NCBI GenBank assembly: GCA_050874365.1
Contig: JBNMKN010000001.1
Coordinates: forward strand, 1-41,541
Direction of reading: 5' to 3'
DNA from: Butyrivibrio sp.
Lineage (GTDB): Bacteria; Bacillota; Clostridia; Lachnospirales; Lachnospiraceae
DNA length: 41,541 nucleotides
The translations under genes were made by a program, and so were the position numbers. Below are positions 1 through 7,820 of this stretch, in pieces; the stretch's first letter is position 1, and each line of letters begins with the position of its first letter. Under the pieces are notes generated by a model, which had not been told where the DNA came from, ran no database searches, and saw nothing but the letters and a program-made list of their open reading frames with translations.

Positions 1-960
1 ATATATGTCTACAGGGACAACTTTACTGCTGTCAATTAAAGGGTGACGGCCTTTTTTGATGTTAATTTTACCGTCACAATCCATTATAGGCTCAGAACCC
101 TTGTAACTGTGGGAAAAACCTGCCTTTGCAAAGATAAAATCCAGTTCTTTGAGTATATCGTAATCGGTAAGAAGTTCTGCGGTGTAGTTGCCTGCCATTG
201 CCGACAAGGAAGAAAGTATAACGGAGATTTCCTCACTTTCTTTTATCTCAAGTTCACGGAGGTCATTGTTAAGCTTTACAACCGACATAGGCTCAATGAA
301 AAAAGTAGAACCTGTGTTACTCTGGTCGTGAATCATGCCGGGAACCTGTGAACGGTATTCTGCCTTGACAGGAACACAATACCTGCCGTCCCTTGTGGTA
401 ACAACAGCATCCTGCAGATATGTCCTGTAGCTTCCCGATATCATATGGGAAAGCTCGGACTTGATTCGCTCGTTGACATTTTTCTGTTGGCGTCTTATGT
501 CTTTAAGATTGGTGCTTGCATCATCTGCGATTTCTGTTTCGGAAATAATGCAGCGGTTGATTTCATTCAAAACATCACTGACAGGATTAAGCAGGTTAAA
601 ACGCTCTGACAATACATCGGGATTGTTTTCAATACTGTTGCTGTCATAACGGATTGCAGAACCTGTTACAGAAAGCAGGGCTGCCACAGAAAGAAGTTCG
701 CTTATGCCGAGAGAACTGCCGACTTCAAGACTTTTTATAAGGGGTCTTATATCCGTGAGACCTGAAAAACCAAGGGAACCCTTTGCAAAAATACGGGATG
801 AAGCCGCGGTGGTATCCTGTTCACACTTCCTTATATAATCAAGGTCTGTGGATGGCATAAGCTTACGGCAAAGGACTTTGCCCGGAGCGGATGTTGCGTA
901 CTTTGAAAGACGTTCTGTTATTTTATCAAATTCAAGAATGGACAATGCTTTTTTATTCAT
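1..960 (-). CDS. mutS2: MutS2 family endonuclease, N-terminal part (runs off the window start)
   Basis: Not in the ORF track; hand translation from ATG at 960: MNKKALSILEFDKITERL...TRDGRYCVPVKAEYRSQVPGMIHDQSNTGSTFFIEP...KGRHPLID, all typical MutS2 motifs. Confidence 0.95.
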   Translation of the reverse strand, partial: MNKKALSILEFDKITERLSKYATSAPGKVLCRKLMPSTDLDYIRKCEQDTTAASSRIFAKGSLGFSGLTDIRPLIKSLEVGSSLGISELLSVAALLSVTGSAIRYDSNSIENNPDVLSERFNLLNPVSDVLNEINRCIISETEIADDASTNLKDIRRQQKNVNERIKSELSHMISGSYRTYLQDAVVTTRDGRYCVPVKAEYRSQVPGMIHDQSNTGSTFFIEPMSVVKLNNDLRELEIKESEEISVILSSLSAMAGNYTAELLTDYDILKELDFIFAKAGFSHSYKGSEPIMDCDGKINIKKGRHPLIDSSKVVPVDIY

Positions 961-1104
961 TACTGAAAACTCCTGTCAATATCTAAACTAGGTATATTTT
1001 ACTCTACCAAACAACAAACTTCAATAATATGTCATAAATTGTTCATATTTTAGGAATATAATACAAGCACTTACACTGATTAATTTATTCGAGAGGGCAA
1101 TATC

Positions 1105-2376
1105 ATGTCAGATAAGAAAAATGATAATTATGATTTATATACCGAGCATATAGTTAAAGAGCCATGGAAAAATACGAAGCGTCTTTTGAAGAAAGGTGCG
1201 GTACTTGTTGCCATGGCAGTATTTTTCGGACTCGTTGCGGGTCTTGTTATGATTATTGTTTACAAAACAGGTAAAAATTATCTTGATGATAATAAAGTTG
1301 CTGTGAATGAGACAACTTCAGGTACGGATGGAAGCGAAAGCAAGGAGCCTGAGTCAGAGGATGCCACGGTGCCTCCTATTGAAGAGGTTACTACGGAAAT
1401 TCCCACAACAGCACCTATAGATGATGAGAAGCTTAATGATTATATGGGATATTATAAAGCCCTTAAATCCGTAGCGGACAAAGCCGAATTATCGGTTGTT
1501 ACGGTTACCGTTGCAAGGCAGGGCGTGGATTTTTTTAATTCCACATACCAGAATATAGCCGATGAGTACGGCATTGTGATATCCTCAGACAGTACGGGAT
1601 ATTATATACTTACGGAATACTCCCTTGTTAAAAGTGCGGAAAACATACAGGTTACATATTATGATAAAACCGTTGATACGGCGGAATTTGTTGCGGGAGA
1701 CGCGACCACCGATATGGCGGTTATTAAAACAGGCTCGTTAAATACGGCGGTTGTACCTGTTCAGTTTGGCAATTCGGATGCAGTCCTTAAAGGGGATTTA
1801 CTGGTTGCAACGGGAAAATTATATGGTTTTAACGGCACAATAGGCTACGGAATTGCAACAGGTGTCAATAACTCCGTTAATGATACGGATACGGTTTACA
1901 GGCTTATTAATACGGACATCGGCGGTACAGCTACTTCAAGCGGCGTTATTCTTAACCTTCACGGTGAAGTGGTGGGGATAATTACGATGGTATATAACAG
2001 TGATAATACGAATTTTATAACGGCTTATGCAGTTAATGATGTAAGAAATCTTATGCAGAACCTTGTTAATCAGAAAAGTATGCCTTATTTCGGAATAAAG
2101 GGTCAGACGGTTACGGATGAGATAGCCGCAACAAACAAAATTCCAAAGGGAATATATATTTCTGCCGTTGAGACCAATTCTCCCGCATACAAATCAGGAA
2201 TACAAAGCGGTGATGTGATTACACATATTAACGGAACCGAAATTAACAGCATGGAAAGTTTTATGACACAGCTTGAAAAAAATAATCCGGGAGATAATAT
2301 CAATGTCACTATTAAAAGACGGGGCAGGGAAGATTATAAAGAGATTGAATTTAACCTTGTGCTTGGTGTAGAATAA
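1105..2376 (+). CDS. Membrane-anchored HtrA/DegP-like trypsin + PDZ protein (catalytic motifs degenerate)
   Basis: N-terminal TM helix, acidic linker, trypsin-like fold (DATTDMAVIK, LNLHGEVVGI), C-terminal PDZ (SPAYKSGIQSGDVIT). Confidence 0.85.
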   Translation: MSDKKNDNYDLYTEHIVKEPWKNTKRLLKKGAVLVAMAVFFGLVAGLVMIIVYKTGKNYLDDNKVAVNETTSGTDGSESKEPESEDATVPPIEEVTTEIPTTAPIDDEKLNDYMGYYKALKSVADKAELSVVTVTVARQGVDFFNSTYQNIADEYGIVISSDSTGYYILTEYSLVKSAENIQVTYYDKTVDTAEFVAGDATTDMAVIKTGSLNTAVVPVQFGNSDAVLKGDLLVATGKLYGFNGTIGYGIATGVNNSVNDTDTVYRLINTDIGGTATSSGVILNLHGEVVGIITMVYNSDNTNFITAYAVNDVRNLMQNLVNQKSMPYFGIKGQTVTDEIAATNKIPKGIYISAVETNSPAYKSGIQSGDVITHINGTEINSMESFMTQLEKNNPGDNINVTIKRRGREDYKEIEFNLVLGVE

Positions 2377-2406
2377 GACGTATTGAATAGTGAAAGGAAA
2401 TTTTTT

Positions 2407-3357
2407 ATGAAGTATATTAACACATTAAATGAAGGCGAAAGAGTCAACGGAATATACTTTTGCAAGGTAAAGACAGCGGCAACAACCAAAAACGGTAAAG
2501 ATTATATCAATCTTACTTTACAGGATAAAACAGGCAATCTGGACGGGAAAATATGGAATCCCAACTCACCGGGAATCAGGGATGATTTTGAATCGGGGGA
2601 TTATATACTGCTTAACGGCGATGTAACGGTTTTTAACGGAGCATTACAGCTTAACGTTGCAAATGCGGGCAAAGCGGAAGAGGGCTCCTATGACGAGAGC
2701 GATTATATGCCATGCTCCGAAAGGGATATTGAGGAGATGTATGATGAACTTCTTAAAATAATGTCTAAAGTTCAGAATGTGTATCTCAAAGCCCTTATTA
2801 ACAGGTTCTTTGTGGAGGATGAAGAGTTTATCAGAAATTTCAAGAAACATTCTGCTGCAAAGAGAGTTCATCACGGATTTATCGGAGGACTCCTTGAGCA
2901 TACTCTGGGAGCTGTTAAAATATGTAATTATATTGCAGATAATTATACATATCTCAGCAAGGATTTACTGCTCACTGCAGCACTTTTTCACGACATAGGT
3001 AAAGTATATGAGCTTTCCGCATTTCCTGAAAATGATTACACCGATGACGGACAGCTTCTCGGTCATATTGTGATGGGCTGTGAAATTATCGGCAAGGCAG
3101 CAGATAAGATAGACGGCTTCCCTGTTATGCTGGAGCGTGAATTAAAGCATTGCATAGTTGCACATCACGGTGAGTTTGAATACGGTTCTCCTAAGAAACC
3201 GGCTCTTGCCGAGGCGGTTGCACTTCATTTTGCCGACGATATGGATGCCAAATTAGAGACCTTCAAGGAAGCACTTAATACTCCGGCAGGTCAGAACGGT
3301 GAATGGACCGGCTTCAACAAAATGTTAGACAGTAATATAAGGAAAACAATTATCTGA
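2407..3357 (+). CDS. yhaM: 3'-5' exoribonuclease YhaM/Cbf1 family (OB fold + HD)
   Basis: OB fold LQDKTG; HSAAKRVHH, GGLLEHT, LFHDIGK, HHGEFEYGSP. Start set at ATG 2407 after the GAAAGGA RBS. Confidence 0.92.
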   Translation: MKYINTLNEGERVNGIYFCKVKTAATTKNGKDYINLTLQDKTGNLDGKIWNPNSPGIRDDFESGDYILLNGDVTVFNGALQLNVANAGKAEEGSYDESDYMPCSERDIEEMYDELLKIMSKVQNVYLKALINRFFVEDEEFIRNFKKHSAAKRVHHGFIGGLLEHTLGAVKICNYIADNYTYLSKDLLLTAALFHDIGKVYELSAFPENDYTDDGQLLGHIVMGCEIIGKAADKIDGFPVMLERELKHCIVAHHGEFEYGSPKKPALAEAVALHFADDMDAKLETFKEALNTPAGQNGEWTGFNKMLDSNIRKTII

Positions 3358-3358
3358 T

Positions 3359-4744
3359 ATGGAAATTAAGAAAAATAACGATTATGAAGTAGTAATTGAA
3401 GATTTGACAATGAGCGGCGAGGGCGTAGGCAAAATAGATGGCTACGCTCTTTTTGTGAAGGACACAATTCCCGGAGACAGGGTAATTGTAAAGGCAACAA
3501 AACTTAACAAAAACTACGGCTACGGCAGGCTTATGTCCGTAATAGAACCGTCAAAGGACCGTGTTGAAGCGAAATGCCCTGTTGCAAAAGCCTGTGGGGG
3601 ATGTACCCTTATGGCAATGAGTTATGAAAGACAGCTTGAATTCAAACGTCATCTTATAGAGAGCAATCTTACCAGAATCGGTGGACTTAGTGGCATAGAA
3701 GTACCTCCCGTTATCGGTATGGACAATCCTTACAGATATAGAAACAAAGCCCAGTTCCCTGTGGGAACGGACAAAGACGAAAATATTGTCATGGGCTTTT
3801 ATGCAGGGCGTACCCATTCTATAATTCCTAACGAGGACTGCCTTATCGGTTCGGATATCAATGCAGGAATTCTTGCAGAAATCAAAGCATTTATGATTAT
3901 GAACCACATAAAATCCTATGATGAGAATTCTCATAGCGGGCTTGTACGCCATATTTTAATCAGGACAGGATTCACTACAGGTCAGATAATGGTGTGCGTT
4001 GTCATTAACGGCAGCAGTATTCCGAAAGAAGATGAACTTGTTAAAAAGCTGCTTGCATTGTCTTTTTCCGATGAAAGAAAAATTGCAAGCATAATGGTTA
4101 ATATAAACAGGGAAAAAACAAATGTTATTCTCGGTAAAAAATGCAGGGTGCTTTACGGTACGCCATACATTGAGGACTATATCGGCGAGGTAAAATATCG
4201 TATCCAGCCATTGTCTTTTTATCAGGTAAACCCTGTCCAGACCGAGAAGCTTTACAATATAGCACTTGACTACGCAGGACTTACGGGAAATGAAACGGTG
4301 TGGGACCTTTACTGCGGTATCGGTACAATCTCTCTTTTCCTTGCAAAAAAAGCAAAGAAGGTATACGGTGTTGAAATCGTCCCTGAGGCAATCGAGGACG
4401 CAGTTACCAATGCAAAGTTAAACGGCATAGACAATGCTGAATTTTATGTGGGAAAAGCCGAAGAAATACTTCCTGAAAAATACGATAAAGAAAATGTATA
4501 CGCTGATGTTATTGTGGTTGACCCGCCAAGAAAGGGCTGCGACGAGGCATTGCTTGACACCATGGTTAAGATGGCACCTAAGAGAATCGTGTATGTAAGC
4601 TGTGACTCTGCAACGCTCGCAAGGGACCTTAAATTCCTTGTTGGGAACGGTTACGAGGTAAAGAGGGTGCAGGGTGTGGATCAGTTCTGCCACAGCGGAC
4701 ATGTGGAGACGGTGGTGCTGATGGTAAACACAAAGGAAGAGTAA
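3359..4744 (+). CDS. rlmD: 23S rRNA (uracil-1939-C5)-methyltransferase RlmD/RumA
   Basis: TRAM domain, CPVAKACGGC Fe-S motif, SFYQVN, DLYCGIGTI, VDPPRKG, YVSC, HVE. Confidence 0.97.
   Translation: MEIKKNNDYEVVIEDLTMSGEGVGKIDGYALFVKDTIPGDRVIVKATKLNKNYGYGRLMSVIEPSKDRVEAKCPVAKACGGCTLMAMSYERQLEFKRHLIESNLTRIGGLSGIEVPPVIGMDNPYRYRNKAQFPVGTDKDENIVMGFYAGRTHSIIPNEDCLIGSDINAGILAEIKAFMIMNHIKSYDENSHSGLVRHILIRTGFTTGQIMVCVVINGSSIPKEDELVKKLLALSFSDERKIASIMVNINREKTNVILGKKCRVLYGTPYIEDYIGEVKYRIQPLSFYQVNPVQTEKLYNIALDYAGLTGNETVWDLYCGIGTISLFLAKKAKKVYGVEIVPEAIEDAVTNAKLNGIDNAEFYVGKAEEILPEKYDKENVYADVIVVDPPRKGCDEALLDTMVKMAPKRIVYVSCDSATLARDLKFLVGNGYEVKRVQGVDQFCHSGHVETVVLMVNTKEE
4140..4744 (+). repeat. Copy 1 of a ~600-bp imperfect direct repeat (3' half of rlmD)
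   Basis: Colinear with 9649-10252, starting at AATGCAGGGTGCTTTAC. Confidence 0.95.
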
Positions 4745-4766
4745 AGAAAAAGGATGGTGTAATAAA

Positions 4767-4991
4767 ATGACAAAAAAAGAGGAATTTTATTATAACAAAG
4801 GAAAAAAATTCATTCATAGTTCTTTTTTATTATCACTAAGCGAAAGTAAGGACGAAAAAGCAAAAACAGAGGAAGAAATAATACAAAGTACAATAAAAGC
4901 AGGCAAAATGGCATGGGGACTAATCACAATAGGATTAATTGCAATGGCATGTATAATAATAGGTGCGGCGATATATGGTTCAATAGTATAA
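4767..4991 (+). CDS. Small hypothetical protein with C-terminal TM helix
   Basis: 74-aa ORF with purine-rich upstream sequence and hydrophobic C-terminus; may be a fragment. Confidence 0.45.
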   Translation: MTKKEEFYYNKGKKFIHSSFLLSLSESKDEKAKTEEEIIQSTIKAGKMAWGLITIGLIAMACIIIGAAIYGSIV

Positions 4992-5151
4992 ATTCTGAAA
5001 ATGCTTATTGATGCAGAGTCTGTTTATACGGTTTTAGAAGTAAAATTGATATGCAAGGGGTGTTTATTGGACAGTTTGTTTTATTATAATGTAAATCAAA
5101 TAAGAGATAATCCCTTTAATTGAAAAACTTAACGCAACAAAAAAGTTAATA

Positions 5152-5533
5152 AACAGAAAAATCTGTTGCAATAACTTTTGCAGAAGGAGGTAGATTACTT
5201 GAATATAAGGAAAAGCAGTATAGGTTATTAGGTAAAAATTATCCATATACTGGAGATACCTGGCACCGCCCTAAATCAAAAAAATCTTATGTTGTTGGTC
5301 GTTGGGAAAATGGAAAATTTGTTTTATATTCTAAGGCGGATGTAGAATCAGCAAAAGAAGAAGAAAAATTGATTTCTAATGCATTATCCGTTATAGAGAG
5401 TATTGAAGAAGATTTAGAATCTAGTGGTTTTGTTGGCGAAGAACGTATAGCGGTTACAAAGATTAGAATTAATCAGAGTGTTTACCGGAAAGGGTTATTA
5501 CGAAGACAAAAAATGTGTTGCCTTTGTGCTTGA
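5152..5533 (+). pseudogene. Fragment of an HNH endonuclease-type gene, cut just before the HNH core
   Basis: Open frame without a proper start, ending GEERIAVTKIRINQSVYRKGLLRRQKMCCLCA*. This matches the RxNQxxFR...CCLC lead-in of HNH_2 proteins; the stop codon comes from the 35-bp repeat. Confidence 0.7.
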
Positions 5534-5564
5534 ACGACCCTCCAGAAATGGTGTATCGTTCAAC
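5530..5564. repeat. 35-bp hairpin repeat, copy 1
   Basis: TTGAACGACCCTCCAGAAATGGTGTATCGTTCAAC; perfect 8-bp inverted arms TTGAACGA/TCGTTCAA around CCA-GAAA-TGG. Confidence 0.95.
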
Positions 5565-5617
5565 TAATAAGACAACAAGAGAGTTGACAAAGGAAGAAAG
5601 GATAATGGTGGCATTTT

Positions 5618-5857
5618 ATGAGCAAAAAAGAAATAGAACAAATAATTTCCGAATGTTGTAATGACTTGATATTCATTTATAATGGTAAAAAGTCAGGGAT
5701 TACATCAGAAGTCAAAAATTCTGTTCCTACATTTCAGGCGTGGCATGGTTCAAAAGTAAAAGAGTATAACAACATTGATGATGTCATGAATGATAAGTTT
5801 TACAGTGGAAAATCAATAACAGATTTAGTTGGTAAGATAACATTTTCATTTGCTTAA
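5618..5857 (+). CDS. Small protein, candidate orphan immunity protein
   Basis: Intact 79-aa ORF; start overlaps (ATGA) the stop of an upstream stub reading TTRELTKEE.../...DNGGIL*. Confidence 0.7.
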   Translation: MSKKEIEQIISECCNDLIFIYNGKKSGITSEVKNSVPTFQAWHGSKVKEYNNIDDVMNDKFYSGKSITDLVGKITFSFA

Positions 5858-5874
5858 AAGCATCTTGCACAACA

Positions 5875-5908
5875 TGAACGACCCTCCAGAAATGGTGTAT
5901 CGTTCAAC
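5875..5908. repeat. Hairpin repeat, copy 2
   Basis: 34/34 identical to 5531-5564; 310 bp lie between copies 1 and 2. Confidence 0.95.
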
Positions 5909-5944
5909 AAAGGAAATATACGAATCATATAAGGAGATTGTGAA

Positions 5945-6100
5945 ATGAAGCTGGTTGAAGAATTGAGAAAAGATAAAGAAATTCAACAGTTAAAAAAAGA
6001 ATATAAAGAAAAATATAATAAAAATGCACCGCCTTATAATTATGATCAGTACAAAGGTATAGACGATTACAAAGAAAAATTAAGAAGATTGGTAAGATAG
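5945..6100 (+). CDS. 51-aa protein, candidate orphan immunity protein
   Basis: Below the ORF-track cutoff. MKLVEELRKDKEIQQLKKEYKEKYNKNAPPYNYDQYKGIDDYKEKLRRLVR; AAGGAG RBS; ATGA overlap with stub KEIYESYKEIVK*; followed by a hairpin. Confidence 0.7.
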   Translation: MKLVEELRKDKEIQQLKKEYKEKYNKNAPPYNYDQYKGIDDYKEKLRRLVR

Positions 6101-6101
6101 C

Positions 6102-6129
6102 AAGTACCCTGCATTGTGCAAGATGCTTT
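6102..6129. terminator. Hairpin between convergent small genes (member of the GCATC(C/T)TGCACAATGCAGGGT family)
   Basis: AAGTACCCTGCA-TTG-TGCAAGATGCTTT; its reverse complement matches 5857-5872 exactly and 9635-9663 closely. Confidence 0.7.
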
Positions 6130-6168
6130 GTGTTTGTATACCTATTTACCTTTGTTTTTTTTGATGCC

Positions 6169-6342
6169 TTAAACTATGCCGTGTATTTCATTTAGAAGTG
6201 TCCCATCAGATTTACATTCACGGATGATACAAGTGACTGCATCTTCTTTATCAGCAAAGTTTCCGTCTTTATCCATATAATAAATTTCAGAATAATCACC
6301 ACCACTTGGGGTTTTTTCTTCATTTTTTTCATAACTTGTCAT
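6169..6342 (-). CDS. 57-aa acidic protein, candidate orphan immunity protein
   Basis: Hand translation MTSYEKNEEKTPSGGDYSEIYYMDKDGNFADKEDAVTCIIRECKSDGTLLNEIHGIV; GAGGT RBS; starts 14 nt after the stop of an upstream fragment. Confidence 0.7.
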   Translation of the reverse strand: MTSYEKNEEKTPSGGDYSEIYYMDKDGNFADKEDAVTCIIRECKSDGTLLNEIHGIV

Positions 6343-6356
6343 AACAATGCACCTCT

Positions 6357-6715
6357 TTATTTCAAAAATTCATTTAGCAGTTTGGTTCTTTCAGGAAACA
6401 GCTTTGCAAATTCATCATGTTTTGTAACATAATAACCAACTGAATCAGCAAAATCTTCAAGTCATTATTTTCGCCATATTCTCTATTCAGCACCTTTTGT
6501 TGTATAGTCAATATAATGACTGCCTCCATGGCAAGAAGTGTGAAGTAAATATTCCATATCATGATATGAACTTTAGTTCTGATGTTGTCAGTAATTTTTG
6601 ACCATACTTCAATCGCTTGTGCAGGTGTCAATGACTGTTTTGCTTTATCATACTGCTTTTGATATATAAATCTTGTTCCGTCAGGTGTTGTGTAAACAAC
6701 AGCCGGCACCGTTTT
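6357..6715 (-). pseudogene. Broken C-terminal fragment of a zincin-like metallopeptidase (MuF-toxin-like)
   Basis: Pieces in different frames: AVVYTTPDGTRFIY..., YLLHTSCHGGSHYID (degenerate HExxH), EYGENN, EDFADSVGYYVTKHDEFAKLFPERTKLLNEFLK*. Confidence 0.55.
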
Positions 6716-6820
6716 CATAAGCAGCAATCTGAGCTTCTCTGTTAAGTCTTGCGTTAAGGAAGATAGCAACGTTATCAGGAACATTATTAATCCAAAAATA
6801 CCACCTGCCTCATTAGTAAA

Positions 6821-6856
6821 ATAAAAATAAGTAGGTAACCGAAGCTACCTACTTAT
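6821..6856 (-). terminator. Rho-independent terminator
   Basis: Minus strand ATAAGTAGGTAGC-TTC-GGTTACCTACTTAT followed by a T-rich tract. Confidence 0.85.
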
Positions 6857-6863
6857 ACAAAGC

Positions 6864-6942
6864 TAAGTGAATAGGTGGAGTGACACTTCCACATCTCCTA
6901 ACGATGGGCGACGGCTACCTGTTCCGTCCTCAGATTCACTTA
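6864..6942 (-). ncRNA. Candidate structured small RNA (multi-stem junction)
   Basis: Closing stem TAAGTGAAT/ATTCACTTA encloses hairpins GACGG/CCGTC, CATC/GATG and GTGGA/TCCAC. GC-rich island between a consensus promoter and a terminator, with no convincing ORF. Confidence 0.65.
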
Positions 6943-6968
6943 ATAAATGATATACATTTTGTAACTTC

Positions 6969-6996
6969 ATTATACAATATAAAAACTAAAAGTCAA
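6969..6996 (-). promoter_or_regulatory. Sigma-A promoter driving the candidate sRNA
   Basis: TTGACT-16 nt-TATAAT on the minus strand. Confidence 0.7.
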
Positions 6997-7004
6997 CTCT
7001 TATA

Positions 7005-7216
7005 TTGTCTGCCATGAATGTGAATATGTCTAAGGGACGGAGTGAATCTGTTGATATTCAGCAGTTACCAAAAGGATATTCGGTAAATGATATAGTTTTT
7101 GATACAAAAGATGTGTCAATAGTTTCAATTGATAAAAACGGAACTTTGACAGTGAACAAAGAAGGTTATACAATATTGCATGAAAAACCTTTGATGGTAA
7201 ATATCAGGTAATGTAA
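7005..7216 (+). pseudogene. Ig-like (Big_2-type) domain fragment
   Basis: IVFDTKDVSIVSIDKNGTLTVNKEGYT, then a frameshift to KTFDGKY; no RBS. Confidence 0.5.
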
Positions 7217-7233
7217 TAAGAAAAGGATTTTTT

Positions 7234-7767
7234 ATGCTGGTTACAAGAGAAAAGATAGTCAAAGAGTCCGGTAATAAATTTGAAATGGTTGTATTTTCGA
7301 TATACACAACAGTCGGAGTCATTATGACAATACTTCCATTTCTGTTGACAAGGGCAGTAAATATGAATTCAATAATACTGTGTGCAATTTTCTTTTTGGC
7401 ATTTGGGATTCCATTTGGCTATATTATTGGCTTGCGGAATTTAATAAAAACCGTAAAAGCTCAAAAAAGCATTAACGCAAACAGTTTTAAAATAGTAGTA
7501 GATAAAATTGTTGATATGAGTATAGCGCCAAAAGGCGGAGAAAGTGATATGAATGATAACTCCTGTCAATTAACATTACAGTACTACTCAAATAAAACGA
7601 AGCGAAATGTTTGCATTTCATATAAAGAGTTTAGAAATTTACATTTAGGTGACAGATGTATTTTGGTTTTTATGAATACTGACAAAAGACCGGATGTTAT
7701 ATATCCGGGAAACGAGTACTTTATTGACCAATCTTTAGCGGAAAATGTAATATATCAGGCTCGGTAA
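7234..7767 (+). CDS. Hypothetical membrane protein (2 TM)
   Basis: 177 aa, AAAGGA RBS, two hydrophobic helices. Confidence 0.75.
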   Translation: MLVTREKIVKESGNKFEMVVFSIYTTVGVIMTILPFLLTRAVNMNSIILCAIFFLAFGIPFGYIIGLRNLIKTVKAQKSINANSFKIVVDKIVDMSIAPKGGESDMNDNSCQLTLQYYSNKTKRNVCISYKEFRNLHLGDRCILVFMNTDKRPDVIYPGNEYFIDQSLAENVIYQAR

Positions 7768-7820
7768 CAGACTGTAAAATCCGAAAGTATGGATTGCCGT
7801 AACAACAGGAGAAATAGTTT

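Noticed and set aside
43-649. Plus-strand ORFs 43-351 and 461-649, and the many short ORFs antisense to or nested in long genes
   Set aside because: Shadow frames of well-supported genes (mutS2, rlmD, ABC, dxs, MMPL and others), without RBS or motifs.
5530-5564. Group II intron domain V or canonical integron attC
   Set aside because: It has a GAAA-capped hairpin but no AGC/CGC triad with AC bulge, no domain VI and no RT gene. It is shorter than attC sites, the core-site order is reversed, and there is no intI.
5530-5908. CRISPR array interpretation of the 35-bp repeat (length and terminal inverted arms are CRISPR-like)
   Set aside because: Only two adjacent copies, 310 bp apart rather than 30-40 bp; third copy 5.5 kb away; no cas genes in the window.
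6374-6784. 136-aa minus-strand ORF as a real gene
   Set aside because: It is a chimera: only the AVVYTTPDG...NIRTKV part is in a plausible frame, while flanking protein-like segments lie in other frames.
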